A DNA stretch of 39,900 bases, from sequence record SRR20825010_5116; one strand, 5' to 3'. The first letter of the stretch is position 1; the number at the start of each line of letters is the position of its first letter. Positions 29,237-37,785 of this stretch are shown one piece after another. Position numbers and translations under genes: made by a program. The notes under the pieces are model-generated. The model had not been told where the DNA came from. It worked only from the letters and a program-made list of their open reading frames with translations, and did no database searches.

Positions 29237-29866
29237 ATGAGCGGAAAATCTCAATACAAAGCGGAAAAGTTCTGGGATAGAACGGCAAGCAGCTACGATA
29301 GCGAAGAGAAAAAAGACGAGAAAATCTACTTGCAGATTATTGAACACACTCGAAAATATTTAAAACCGTCCACTACCCTTTTGGATTTCGGTTGCGGAAC
29401 GGGAATAATCACCAATGAACTTGCGAGAAATGTCAGTAACATCGATGGGATTGATTTATCCTCAAAAATGATTGAAATCGCTCGAAGTAAAGCAGAAAAA
29501 GCAGGAATCCAGAATATCAAGTACGCACACACGACCATTCTCGATCCTAACTTAAAGCCAACTTCGTATGATGTCATTGTTTGTTTTTATGTGCTGCATT
29601 TACTCGACGATGCACAAGAAGCAATGCAAAAAATACATTCACTTCTAAAACCTGAAGGAATTTTAATCTCGGTCACTCCATGTATGGCGGAGAAACCGAT
29701 TCAAGGATTTTTGTTTTCTCTTTTGAGTAAAATAGGAATTCTTCCCAAACTAAATTTGCTTAAACGGCGGGACTTAGAACAATTGTCCGAAGCACATTTC
29801 AGTACAATCGAAAGTGAACGTTTGCCAAACACTTCGAATCAATATTTCCTCGTATCAAAAAAGTAG
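29237..29866 (+). CDS. Class I SAM-dependent methyltransferase
   Basis: FWDRTA, LDFGCGTG, GIDLSSKMI, YDVI, LKPEG. Confidence 0.92.
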   Translation: MSGKSQYKAEKFWDRTASSYDSEEKKDEKIYLQIIEHTRKYLKPSTTLLDFGCGTGIITNELARNVSNIDGIDLSSKMIEIARSKAEKAGIQNIKYAHTTILDPNLKPTSYDVIVCFYVLHLLDDAQEAMQKIHSLLKPEGILISVTPCMAEKPIQGFLFSLLSKIGILPKLNLLKRRDLEQLSEAHFSTIESERLPNTSNQYFLVSKK

Positions 29867-29869
29867 TTT

Positions 29870-30559
29870 ATGAATGTAATAAAACGGAATACACGCATCG
29901 CAGGATTGTTGATCATAGCCAGCATGACTACAGGTATTTTCAGTGTCGCTCCTGCTGTTGATTCTCCAGAGTATTTAACGGAAGCTGTGACAAATTCCAA
30001 TCAAGTGATCTTTGGCGCTTTATTTCAGTTTTTAATGGCCATCACTTACGTAGGTGTAGCGGTTTTGTTCTATCCGATTATTAAGCGATTTGGAAAAAGT
30101 CTCGCCATCGGCTTTTTGAGTTTTAGAATCATTGCGGCAACCCTTGTGATTTTCGGAACGATTGTTTTATTGTCCATTTTGGCATTAAGCAAGGCTGCAA
30201 ACGAATCTTTATCTACGAATCACACTAATTTAGAAGCGTTTGGAAATGTTTTAAAATCCACACGAGATTATATAAATCACGTATTCATGATTGTGATTTT
30301 GTGTACTGGAAATATCGCACTTTACATTCTACTGATACGATCAAAACTCATTCCACGATGGATTTCAATTGCAGGAATAGTTGGTGCCTTTTTGTCTATT
30401 ATCGCCAGCTTTTTGGTTTTATTTGGCACGATAGAAATCATTACACCTGAGTACCTACTTTTGAATGCACCCACAGGGCTGATAGAACTTGTTTTTGGAA
30501 TCTGGCTAATTATTAAAGGTGTGGATCAAAAAATGACAGTTCTAAACACAATCAAATAG
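29870..30559 (+). CDS. DUF4386-type membrane protein
   Basis: About six TM helices; RIAGLL start, SKLIPRWIS and E....IWLIIKG motifs. Confidence 0.8.
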   Translation: MNVIKRNTRIAGLLIIASMTTGIFSVAPAVDSPEYLTEAVTNSNQVIFGALFQFLMAITYVGVAVLFYPIIKRFGKSLAIGFLSFRIIAATLVIFGTIVLLSILALSKAANESLSTNHTNLEAFGNVLKSTRDYINHVFMIVILCTGNIALYILLIRSKLIPRWISIAGIVGAFLSIIASFLVLFGTIEIITPEYLLLNAPTGLIELVFGIWLIIKGVDQKMTVLNTIK

Positions 30560-30625
30560 ATGAAAAGGTACGTACTCAACTGTTTTCTCTTGCCATTCCT
30601 ATCCGTGCATAGAATATTTTCTTGA
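30560..30625 (+). pseudogene. Possible 5' remnant of a decayed membrane-protein gene
   Basis: ATG directly after the DUF4386 stop; reads MKRYVLNCFLL, then with a frameshift IPIRA*NIFL. Confidence 0.3.
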
Positions 30626-30721
30626 GAATACCGCTGAGTATTTCAACAACTACCCTACTTTTTTTTTCCTTTCATAATATTCACGCTTTTACTATCTATT
30701 TTAGGACTTATTAATTAAAAC

Positions 30722-31324
30722 ATGGAATTCGAAGAGGAAAAATACATTTCGGAGTTAAAAAAAAGGTTTAACAGCTATTCTCCGATCTCGGAAGAATCTT
30801 GGCTTCAAGTGCGATCGATTCTTCAATTTCAGTCTGTGAAAAAGGGTGAAATGATATTGAGAGCAGGACAAACCGCCAAAAACATGCACTTTATTTGCAA
30901 AGGTGTATTGCGAACATTCTATTCCGATGCGCATGGAAATGTGTACACCAAAAATCTCTTTTTTGAAAATAGTTTTCCCGCGTCCAAGGTTTCGTTGCTC
31001 CAAAACGCGCCTTCCAACTTCTCGATTGAAGCATTGGAAGATTCCATTTTAATCAACTTTAGGTTTGAAGATTATAAGAAGTTGATTCGTGAAAAAGACG
31101 ATTTAAAGGATTTCTACATCGCCTACATCGAGCAAAATTGGATCATTGAAAAAGAACAAAAGGAAATATCGTTAGTCATGGAAAACGCAAGCGAACGATA
31201 CGTAAAACTCCTCCAAAAACATCCGAACATAGAAAAACAAATCTCTCAGCATCATCTCGCTTCTCATATAGGAATTACACCTACTCAGTTAAGTAGAATT
31301 AGAAAAGCACTAAAAAATAGCTAA
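30722..31324 (+). CDS. Crp/Fnr family transcriptional regulator
   Basis: cNMP-binding-like HFICKGVLR; ASERY; LASHIGITPTQLSRIRK HTH. Confidence 0.93.
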   Translation: MEFEEEKYISELKKRFNSYSPISEESWLQVRSILQFQSVKKGEMILRAGQTAKNMHFICKGVLRTFYSDAHGNVYTKNLFFENSFPASKVSLLQNAPSNFSIEALEDSILINFRFEDYKKLIREKDDLKDFYIAYIEQNWIIEKEQKEISLVMENASERYVKLLQKHPNIEKQISQHHLASHIGITPTQLSRIRKALKNS

Positions 31325-31340
31325 ATCAACATATGTTGAT
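31325..31340. promoter_or_regulatory. Perfect 16-bp palindrome ATCAACATATGTTGAT, candidate Crp/Fnr-family box
   Basis: Starts right after the regulator stop codon, upstream of the DMT-GNAT pair. Confidence 0.7.
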
Positions 31341-31373
31341 GTTTTTGGGAAATGAATGCCTGAAATTTGTCCC

Positions 31374-31823
31374 ATGAATCAATTTAGTTTATCCGTACTC
31401 GCATTTATTGGTGGTGTTTTCTTGGCACTTCAAGGCGGATTGAATGCGCATTTGGGAGTACTTCTCAAAAATCCTTTGCTGGCCTCAGTTATTGCCTTCT
31501 TCAGTAGCTTTCTTTTTGCCGTTGTAATCGTACTTCTCACCGTAAAAACTTTTCCAACAGTGAATGAGCTAAAGGAAATCCCTTGGTATCTTTGGTTTGC
31601 TGGCGGTCTTTTTAGCGTTGTTGGCATCAGTTTATATTACTACACAATTCCAAAACTCGGAGTTTCAACGATGATTTCTTATGGATTGTGTGGACAGCTC
31701 ATTTTTGCAGTAATTGCAGGACATTTTGGATGGCTCAACTTGCCTGTTGAACCGATAACGATCAAGCGCATGGCGGGGATTGCAGCAATGATCAGTGGAA
31801 TTTTTCTAATCAATTGGAAATGA
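31374..31823 (+). CDS. DMT family transporter (YdcZ/DUF606-like)
   Basis: LALQGGLNAHLG, PWYLWFAGG, PKLGV, GQL...GHFGW. Confidence 0.9.
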   Translation: MNQFSLSVLAFIGGVFLALQGGLNAHLGVLLKNPLLASVIAFFSSFLFAVVIVLLTVKTFPTVNELKEIPWYLWFAGGLFSVVGISLYYYTIPKLGVSTMISYGLCGQLIFAVIAGHFGWLNLPVEPITIKRMAGIAAMISGIFLINWK

Positions 31824-32575
31824 AAGACAAATCAAATCTTATTTATAAAAACATTGATAACCTGACTTCTTTGTGGGAAGAAGCAAGTCGTTTCAATACC
31901 AGTTTAGTGCGTTCAGAAGCGTTCAACTATTCGGCATTTGAAAATAGACAGTGGCCCAATCGACTGTGGTTTAATACTGACTGCAACCAGGAAGCAATAC
32001 TTCGGGCAAAAAACGAAGTTTTCTCTGTTCACCCTTCCCTCACGATACCTTATTGGGATATCTATGGAAGCAACTCAAATCAGCTCCTCGAACAAAACGG
32101 TTTTACGAAAACCTTCGAGCAAACGGCTATGAATCTGCAGTTAGATAAACCTTTTGAACAACAAAAAGACGTCAGCATCAATCTCGTTTCTACCAAAAAT
32201 GAAGCGATTCTCTGGAGCAAACTCTTTACGTCCGCTTTCGGATATCAAATTCACCCAAATACGGTTCTCAATACGCTCGAAAACATCCAATTCTACATTG
32301 CTCATTTTGAAGGAAAAGCAATTGGAACGACCATCACTTATCAGACAGGAAACGTAACCGGAATCCACGCGATGGGGATTATTCCTGAAGGAAGACGACA
32401 GGGACTTGCCAACGAGCTTATGAAAATCGTACTCAATGATGCCCTAAAAAAGAAAAGCGAATCAGTTGCTTTGCAAGCGTCACAAATGGGGAAAGATCTT
32501 TATCTAAAATTGGGGTTTAAAGAACTGTTCGGAATAAAAAATTACCGATTATCGTCTTGGTTGGATGAAAAATAG
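31820..32575 (+). CDS. GNAT acetyltransferase
   Basis: MGIIPEGRRQGLA, LQASQMG..LYLKLGF; ATGA overlap with the DMT gene. Confidence 0.9.
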   Translation: MKDKSNLIYKNIDNLTSLWEEASRFNTSLVRSEAFNYSAFENRQWPNRLWFNTDCNQEAILRAKNEVFSVHPSLTIPYWDIYGSNSNQLLEQNGFTKTFEQTAMNLQLDKPFEQQKDVSINLVSTKNEAILWSKLFTSAFGYQIHPNTVLNTLENIQFYIAHFEGKAIGTTITYQTGNVTGIHAMGIIPEGRRQGLANELMKIVLNDALKKKSESVALQASQMGKDLYLKLGFKELFGIKNYRLSSWLDEK

Positions 32576-32632
32576 CGCTGTTTTAATATGCATAATAATT
32601 ATTGTTATTTTGGTAGTAGAATAAAAACGTTA

Positions 32633-33130
32633 ATGAAATACCTTATTCTGTTCATCTTAGTAATCTTATGCTCTTCTCTCTCTCAAAAAAAGACTGGGGT
32701 ACTAGGAGAATGGCACTTAGAACTCGTAGCAATTAATGATACGCTCATTTTTAATAGAAACGATTACTCTGTTTCACTTAAGTACAACTACTCATTAAAC
32801 AATCCCAAGACAAAGGAAGACAGTTTGGATGTTCAAAAAATGGCGGCGACTAAATTTGAAAACTCAAAAAGCTTAGAGCTAAGATTTGAAACCGATAGTA
32901 CATTTATAACCACAAAAATTAGAAGCGGCGGTCGCATTGATCCTATTATCAATGAGAATGGGCATTATTTCTCATCAAATGATAGTCTATACCTGACTGT
33001 TCCAACAAGAAACAACTATAAATTTGTTTTGAACTACAATAAAAAGAATGACATCCTTTTCATTGAGAATATTCTCGATAGCACAAAAACTTATGTTCAA
33101 TATTGTAGATTTCAAAAGTCTCCTAAGTAA
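32633..33130 (+). CDS. Hypothetical exported protein (lipocalin-like LGEW start)
   Basis: Signal/lipoprotein-like N-terminus MKYLILFILVILC; VLGEWHL motif. Confidence 0.7.
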   Translation: MKYLILFILVILCSSLSQKKTGVLGEWHLELVAINDTLIFNRNDYSVSLKYNYSLNNPKTKEDSLDVQKMAATKFENSKSLELRFETDSTFITTKIRSGGRIDPIINENGHYFSSNDSLYLTVPTRNNYKFVLNYNKKNDILFIENILDSTKTYVQYCRFQKSPK

Positions 33131-33204
33131 CATTTTAAGCTTAGAAGTGTTACATTCGATAAACGGTTGCAGAAAACCGAAAACACTTCGCTTTCTATTC
33201 TAGT

Positions 33205-33651
33205 ATGAATTGGATTAATAAAATCGAGTTAAGAAAAATGGTTGTGTCTGGCGTTCCTTATTTGTGGAAAAGAGGACATTACCATTTACCCGAATTTGAA
33301 CATTCCGAATGTGTAGAAAAGGTGATCATTTATCTTGAAGGATTTAAAAATTCACCTCTTCAGTTATTGTTCCGCGAGGAAGACAATTTGACCTTAAAGA
33401 AGGACGTCACACAAGAAAAATGGTGCGTCGGTTATCCAGAAAATGGCGTGATTTGGTTATTTAAACAGCAATCTGCCCAGAAACCTTCCTTGGAACATCT
33501 TGAAGTAAATTTAAATCGACCTGCCGTCATTTCTAAACTCATAGCACATTTCATGGGGAATGAATGGAAACCAAAAGAAAGCACTAAGCCTCTCGTTATT
33601 GAAGATGCTTTGAAGTATTTGGAATTAATTGATCTCCCCAAAGGCAGTTGA
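33205..33651 (+). CDS. Hypothetical protein
   Basis: 148 aa ATG ORF; no family recognised. Confidence 0.7.
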   Translation: MNWINKIELRKMVVSGVPYLWKRGHYHLPEFEHSECVEKVIIYLEGFKNSPLQLLFREEDNLTLKKDVTQEKWCVGYPENGVIWLFKQQSAQKPSLEHLEVNLNRPAVISKLIAHFMGNEWKPKESTKPLVIEDALKYLELIDLPKGS

Positions 33652-33682
33652 ACAGAATGAATGAATTTTAACCCGAACTAAT

Positions 33683-34117
33683 ATGACCACAATTATCGCG
33701 ATTCCTTTGCTTCTCATTTTTCTCTTCTTATCGGGAATTCACGTCTACTGGGGTTTTGGTGGACATTGGGGAAATGGAGCCGTACTTCCAACAAAAGACG
33801 ATGATGTGAAGGTAATGATGCCTGGTATTGTACCTACGTTTACCGTTGCTTTCGGGTTGCTTGGCTTTGGACTCATAGTACTTGCAAATACTGTAGAATT
33901 GGGATTCGAACTTCCTTCTTGGTTAGAATTCGTGCGCAGTTACGGACTTTGGGTGATCGCAGGAATCTTCATTATTCGAGCAATTGGAGAGTTCAATTAT
34001 GTCGGTTTTTTCAAGAAGCACAAGCACACCAAGTTTGGAAAGAACGACACAAAGTACTATTCGCCATTATGTTTGCTCATTGGAATACTAGCAATTATTC
34101 TAGAGGTGATTAAATAA
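33683..34117 (+). CDS. DUF3995-type membrane protein
   Basis: IHVYWGFGG.W, RAIGEFNYVGFFK, DTKYYSPLCL. Confidence 0.85.
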   Translation: MTTIIAIPLLLIFLFLSGIHVYWGFGGHWGNGAVLPTKDDDVKVMMPGIVPTFTVAFGLLGFGLIVLANTVELGFELPSWLEFVRSYGLWVIAGIFIIRAIGEFNYVGFFKKHKHTKFGKNDTKYYSPLCLLIGILAIILEVIK

Positions 34118-34125
34118 ATGATAGC

Positions 34126-34147
34126 ACATTAACAAGAACTAAAATGA
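34126..34147 (+). repeat. 22-bp intergenic repeat ACATTAACAAGAACTAAAATGA, copy 1
   Basis: Identical to 35202-35223; similarity continues ~10 bp further. Confidence 0.85.
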
Positions 34148-34240
34148 GCACTCTTTTAAAAGTGTTATATTCGAATCGTTACTAAATATATACTTTATAC
34201 GCCGCTTTTAAATATATAGCTATTCACCATTTCATCAAAA

Positions 34241-34669
34241 ATGAACCAAATTATCAATAAACTAAAGTCTATTCTTGACGAGTCTTACCCAAATATTCAA
34301 TATGATCTAAAAAATCCGGATGACCTATTTATTCCATCCAACAGTAAAAACGGATATGACATTTTTCTAAAATGCACCTTAGATGAATCTATCATCTATT
34401 TTAACTCTTGGCATTGGCACTTTCAAAATACTGAAGACGGTAAAAATGAACTAGCGCAATGTTTCGGTCTAGGGCTTTCTTCCGCAGGTAGATTAAAAAC
34501 TTTTTTGAAAAATGGGAAGGAATATAAATGGACCTTCGAGTCTTTTAACCAATTAGAGAACAAATGGTATCCGATGGGCACTGTTGGTGTAATCAATCTT
34601 AAATTCTGGCTGAAAAGCGAAGTGAAATATTATCAAAATGACCTAATTCAACTAAACGAGCGTTCGTAA
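34241..34669 (+). CDS. Hypothetical protein
   Basis: 142 aa ATG ORF; WHWHF motif; no family recognised. Confidence 0.72.
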   Translation: MNQIINKLKSILDESYPNIQYDLKNPDDLFIPSNSKNGYDIFLKCTLDESIIYFNSWHWHFQNTEDGKNELAQCFGLGLSSAGRLKTFLKNGKEYKWTFESFNQLENKWYPMGTVGVINLKFWLKSEVKYYQNDLIQLNERS

Positions 34670-34705
34670 CCGTATAACTTATTGAATTCAATCAATTGTT
34701 AAATA

Positions 34706-34924
34706 ATGAAAAATAAATTAGATTATCTCAACTCGTTCTTTTTCGGAAAGTACCTGAAACTCTTCTTGATGTTAGGAGGAATACTCTTTTGTCTTTCAAC
34801 CGTGAATCCATACAGAAATACTGATTCCGAAACCATGAGTATCAATATTCGAAATGGCGTTATTGGAATTGGACTCATTTTCACTTCTGTTTATATACAT
34901 GTTAATGAACTTAACTCGAAATGA
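34706..34924 (+). CDS. Small two-TM hypothetical protein
   Basis: 72 aa with two hydrophobic segments. Confidence 0.5.
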   Translation: MKNKLDYLNSFFFGKYLKLFLMLGGILFCLSTVNPYRNTDSETMSINIRNGVIGIGLIFTSVYIHVNELNSK

Positions 34925-35201
34925 ACTACGTTACAACTCGAGTTTATTCAGACGATACAGATAAGAACAACGGAGCATTGAAATGATTCCAGTATCGCAT
35001 CTCCATGGATTAATCCGAACTCATTATGAGCGCTTTAATATCGTAAATGAGCGAGTTTGAGAAGTGAAAAAGGGGTAAAATAAATCTATTGAAACCTTTA
35101 ACGTTACATGTTTCCAATAGAACAACAAATGGAAAAAAAAGACATCCGATAGATTTAGAATTTAACAAGCGTAAATTAGAAATTACTTAGCGAAACTGAA
35201 G

Positions 35202-35223
35202 ACATTAACAAGAACTAAAATGA
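35202..35223 (+). repeat. 22-bp intergenic repeat, copy 2
   Basis: Identical to 34126-34147; followed by -7 element TAACTTTG at 35235-35242. Confidence 0.85.
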
Positions 35224-35264
35224 ACAGTCTTTTTTAACTTTGTGTACTCCTTGTAATTTAAACC

Positions 35265-35774
35265 ATGACACGCAACGCTCGACATTTAGAAATATTCATA
35301 AGTATAATTCTGATGATACTCGGCTTGCTTTTAGCTTACGGAGTATACTGGAGCATCAATTCTTGGGTGGAAATTTTTGAAAGGCTTAGTAACCACGATT
35401 GGGAAATCTCTTGGCACAAAGTTGTGTTAAACTGGCATTTTTCATTTTTAGGAAGTCTCCTACTTCTATTCGGAGGTCTTTTCCTTCTTCTTGGCAAAAA
35501 AATAGGATGGTATCTAACACTAATATCTAGCGTTTTTAACTGCATCTATTGGGGTATATTACCATTAGTATCGGATGAGGAAAGTATTCTGAGCAACGAT
35601 TATTATTGGATAACGTGCTCCATAAGTCTATTTTTCGCCTTAATAGCCATCTTTTCAGTATCGCGTCCTGTTCGCAAGAAGTATAAAACGACTAAAACAT
35701 CCTTTCTTTTTGCATTCATTGGAGTGTCTCTACTATTTCTCGACAGGTTCATTATGTGGGCGTTTTCTTTTTAG
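35265..35774 (+). CDS. Hypothetical membrane protein (about five TM)
   Basis: 169 aa, strongly hydrophobic. Confidence 0.75.
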   Translation: MTRNARHLEIFISIILMILGLLLAYGVYWSINSWVEIFERLSNHDWEISWHKVVLNWHFSFLGSLLLLFGGLFLLLGKKIGWYLTLISSVFNCIYWGILPLVSDEESILSNDYYWITCSISLFFALIAIFSVSRPVRKKYKTTKTSFLFAFIGVSLLFLDRFIMWAFSF

Positions 35775-35862
35775 TTTTGATGTTATTAAATTCAAAATAG
35801 CCGCCGAAACATCCCCTATTTATTAACCCAAACACGATTAGAACGAAGAAAAAATTGAACTA

Positions 35863-36195
35863 ATGGAATTACTATTCTCTTACGGAACATTACAACTTGA
35901 AAAAGTGCAATTGGAATCATTTGGAAGGAAACTCACAGGAACCCCAGAAATCCTAAAAGGATACAGAACAGGACAACTGAGGATTACAGATGAGCTAGTC
36001 CTGGCAAAAAGTCAACAGGAAACGCACCCGATTGCAATTCAGACAAACAACGAAAATGATCAAATAATTGGGACGCTTTACGAAATTTCATACGAAGAAC
36101 TTCTACAGGCAGATTTGTATGAAGTGTCGGATTATCAGAGAGTAAAAGTCACTTTCAGTTCTAACAAAAAAGGATGGATTTATGTGAAAAAGTAG
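35863..36195 (+). CDS. Gamma-glutamylcyclotransferase (AIG2-like) family protein
   Basis: LFSYGTLQ, ADLYE...YQRV, WIY. Confidence 0.9.
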   Translation: MELLFSYGTLQLEKVQLESFGRKLTGTPEILKGYRTGQLRITDELVLAKSQQETHPIAIQTNNENDQIIGTLYEISYEELLQADLYEVSDYQRVKVTFSSNKKGWIYVKK

Positions 36196-36211
36196 TTAAT
36201 TCTTTTTTAAG

Positions 36212-36233
36212 TTAGGAATCCTTACTATATTTA
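36212..36233 (+). promoter_or_regulatory. Operator copy 1 (TTAGGAATCCTTA) next to -7-like TATATTTA of the thioredoxin gene
   Basis: One mismatch to the palindrome TTAGGAnTCCTAA, which recurs at 36520, 36539 and 36640. Confidence 0.65.
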
Positions 36234-36268
36234 TGGCGCAATGTTGCACTAACGAAAAATATAGTAAA

Positions 36269-36502
36269 ATGAGTAAATCAATTTTTTATCACGCTGGATG
36301 TCCTGTATGCGTAAGTGCTGAGCAGGAAATAATTAACCTTATTGGGAGAGAAAATGTGGAGATCGTTCACCTTGGTACAGAACAAGGAAGAATTTCCGAA
36401 GCAGAAAAAGCAGGAGTGAAATCGGTTCCGGCTTTGGTTACAACAAATGGGAACGCGCTGCATATTAATTTCGGTGCATCAATCGAGGATGTAAAAGCAT
36501 AA
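36269..36502 (+). CDS. Small thioredoxin/glutaredoxin-like protein
   Basis: FYHAGCPVC active site; GVKSVPALV cis-Pro motif; 77 aa from ATG 36269. Confidence 0.9.
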   Translation: MSKSIFYHAGCPVCVSAEQEIINLIGRENVEIVHLGTEQGRISEAEKAGVKSVPALVTTNGNALHINFGASIEDVKA

Positions 36503-36519
36503 TTCTTCGTCTTACAATG

Positions 36520-36557
36520 TTAGGACTCCTAATGTTACTTAGGGGTCCTTGCTTTAT
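36520..36557 (+). terminator. Hairpin (probable terminator) formed from operator copies 2 and 3
   Basis: AGGACTCCTAA-TGTTAC-TTAGGGGTCCT followed by TGCTTTATT; weak U tract. Confidence 0.5.
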
Positions 36558-36639
36558 TCAAAGAGTAAAATAGAAGATAATCAAGTCATTAATGAAAACC
36601 GAACCGAGCTGTTGACTTATAAAATTGTTATTCATTTAA

Positions 36640-36657
36640 TTAGGATCACTAACTTTA
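36640..36657 (+). promoter_or_regulatory. Operator copy 4 (TTAGGATCACTAA) overlapping -7-like TAACTTTA of marR
   Basis: Two mismatches to the consensus; directly upstream of the MarR gene. Confidence 0.6.
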
Positions 36658-36687
36658 CAGTTAGATTTATTAACAATTGGTTTTTTG

Positions 36688-37299
36688 ATGAATAAAAGTA
36701 CATTTAACCCTCAACAGCAAGAAAAGGACCTTTCAAGTAAAATTGTTGCAGGATTGGAACGTGTTTCCGAAGTCTTTAAAATTTTGCTTTGGGATAAAGC
36801 TAAACTTGTCGGGTTGAGCCCAATTCAAATTCAGATTCTCCTATTTATTGCATTCCACAAAGAAAACCTTTGCAACGTGAGTCATCTTGCCAAAGAGTTT
36901 AATGTTACCAAGCCTACAATCAGCGATGCCATTAAAATTTTAGATAAGAAAGGAATGATTATTAAAGACTTTTCATCGTCGGACAGTCGCAGTTATTCCA
37001 TATCACTATCTGAATCAGGAAAAGAAATTGTCGCTCAAACGTATGATTTCTCCGCTCCATTACACAACCAAATTGATGATTTTTCGCAACCAGAACTAGA
37101 AAGCTTGTTTGGAACACTCAGCCAACTTATTTACAAATTAAATCGCAGTGGGATTCTCAGTGTTCAGAGAACGTGCTATGGATGCAAGTTCTATTCGAAA
37201 ATCGAGGACAGCGATTATTGTAACCTACTTCAGAAGAAATTAGTAAAGCAAGAGATTCGAATAGACTGTCCTGAATACGAAGAAAATCCCAAGGCTTAA
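36688..37299 (+). CDS. MarR family regulator with C-terminal four-Cys domain
   Basis: LSPIQIQILL, VTKPTISDAI, DSRS winged helix; C-terminal CYGC-x10-C-x14-CPEY; ATG at 36688 (TTG at 36685). Confidence 0.9.
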   Translation: MNKSTFNPQQQEKDLSSKIVAGLERVSEVFKILLWDKAKLVGLSPIQIQILLFIAFHKENLCNVSHLAKEFNVTKPTISDAIKILDKKGMIIKDFSSSDSRSYSISLSESGKEIVAQTYDFSAPLHNQIDDFSQPELESLFGTLSQLIYKLNRSGILSVQRTCYGCKFYSKIEDSDYCNLLQKKLVKQEIRIDCPEYEENPKA

Positions 37300-37349
37300 C
37301 TTTTGTGTGATTAATGTATTTTCGATTTTAATTTGACAATATTTGAAGC

Positions 37350-37724
37350 ATGACGCGTAAAGAAAAAATAGAACAAGCAATAACAGATTTTGTTAATGGC
37401 GGTGACACTAGCGATCTTGGATTATTAGATAAGGTATTGCATCCCGACTTTCGTGTAACCAATAACGGATTTATGGGAATTCCTGGGGTTAAAATACTTA
37501 ACAAGCAGGAATATCTATCGAACATCGAGAAGGGTATTTTCGGTGGATTGCCGAGAAAAATGATCATCGAAAGTATTGACCATAGTGAAACAATCGCAAC
37601 GGTGAAGATTCGCTTAGAGAGTTCTGAAAACTATTTTGTTTCCTACAACTCGTTCGTTTTAGATACAGATGACCAATGGAAACTAATTAATAATCTCGCA
37701 GTTGTTGTGGCGAAAACGCTTTAA
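37350..37724 (+). CDS. NTF2-like (putative lumazine-binding / SnoaL-like) protein
   Basis: IEQAITDF..GGD..D...L..VLHPDF, ATVKIRL, WKLIN. Confidence 0.82.
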   Translation: MTRKEKIEQAITDFVNGGDTSDLGLLDKVLHPDFRVTNNGFMGIPGVKILNKQEYLSNIEKGIFGGLPRKMIIESIDHSETIATVKIRLESSENYFVSYNSFVLDTDDQWKLINNLAVVVAKTL

Positions 37725-37785
37725 ACAATAGCTGAAAATAGAACTTGAATTGACAAGTTTATTGGATTTAGAATCGAGTTTTACT

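Noticed and set aside
33145-34174. Near-identical 15-mers AAGTGTTA(C/T)ATTCGA at 33145 and 34160 as a mobile repeat
   Set aside because: Both contain TAnnTTCG, a variant of the housekeeping -7 element upstream of genes, which explains most of the similarity
18709-34669. Orphan ORFs (18709, 33205, 34241) as immunity proteins for the DUF4157 effector
   Set aside because: None is adjacent to the effector and I cannot recognise an immunity family motif
34126-35223. CRISPR array from the 22-bp repeats
   Set aside because: Only two copies, over 1 kb apart; no regular spacers and no cas genes
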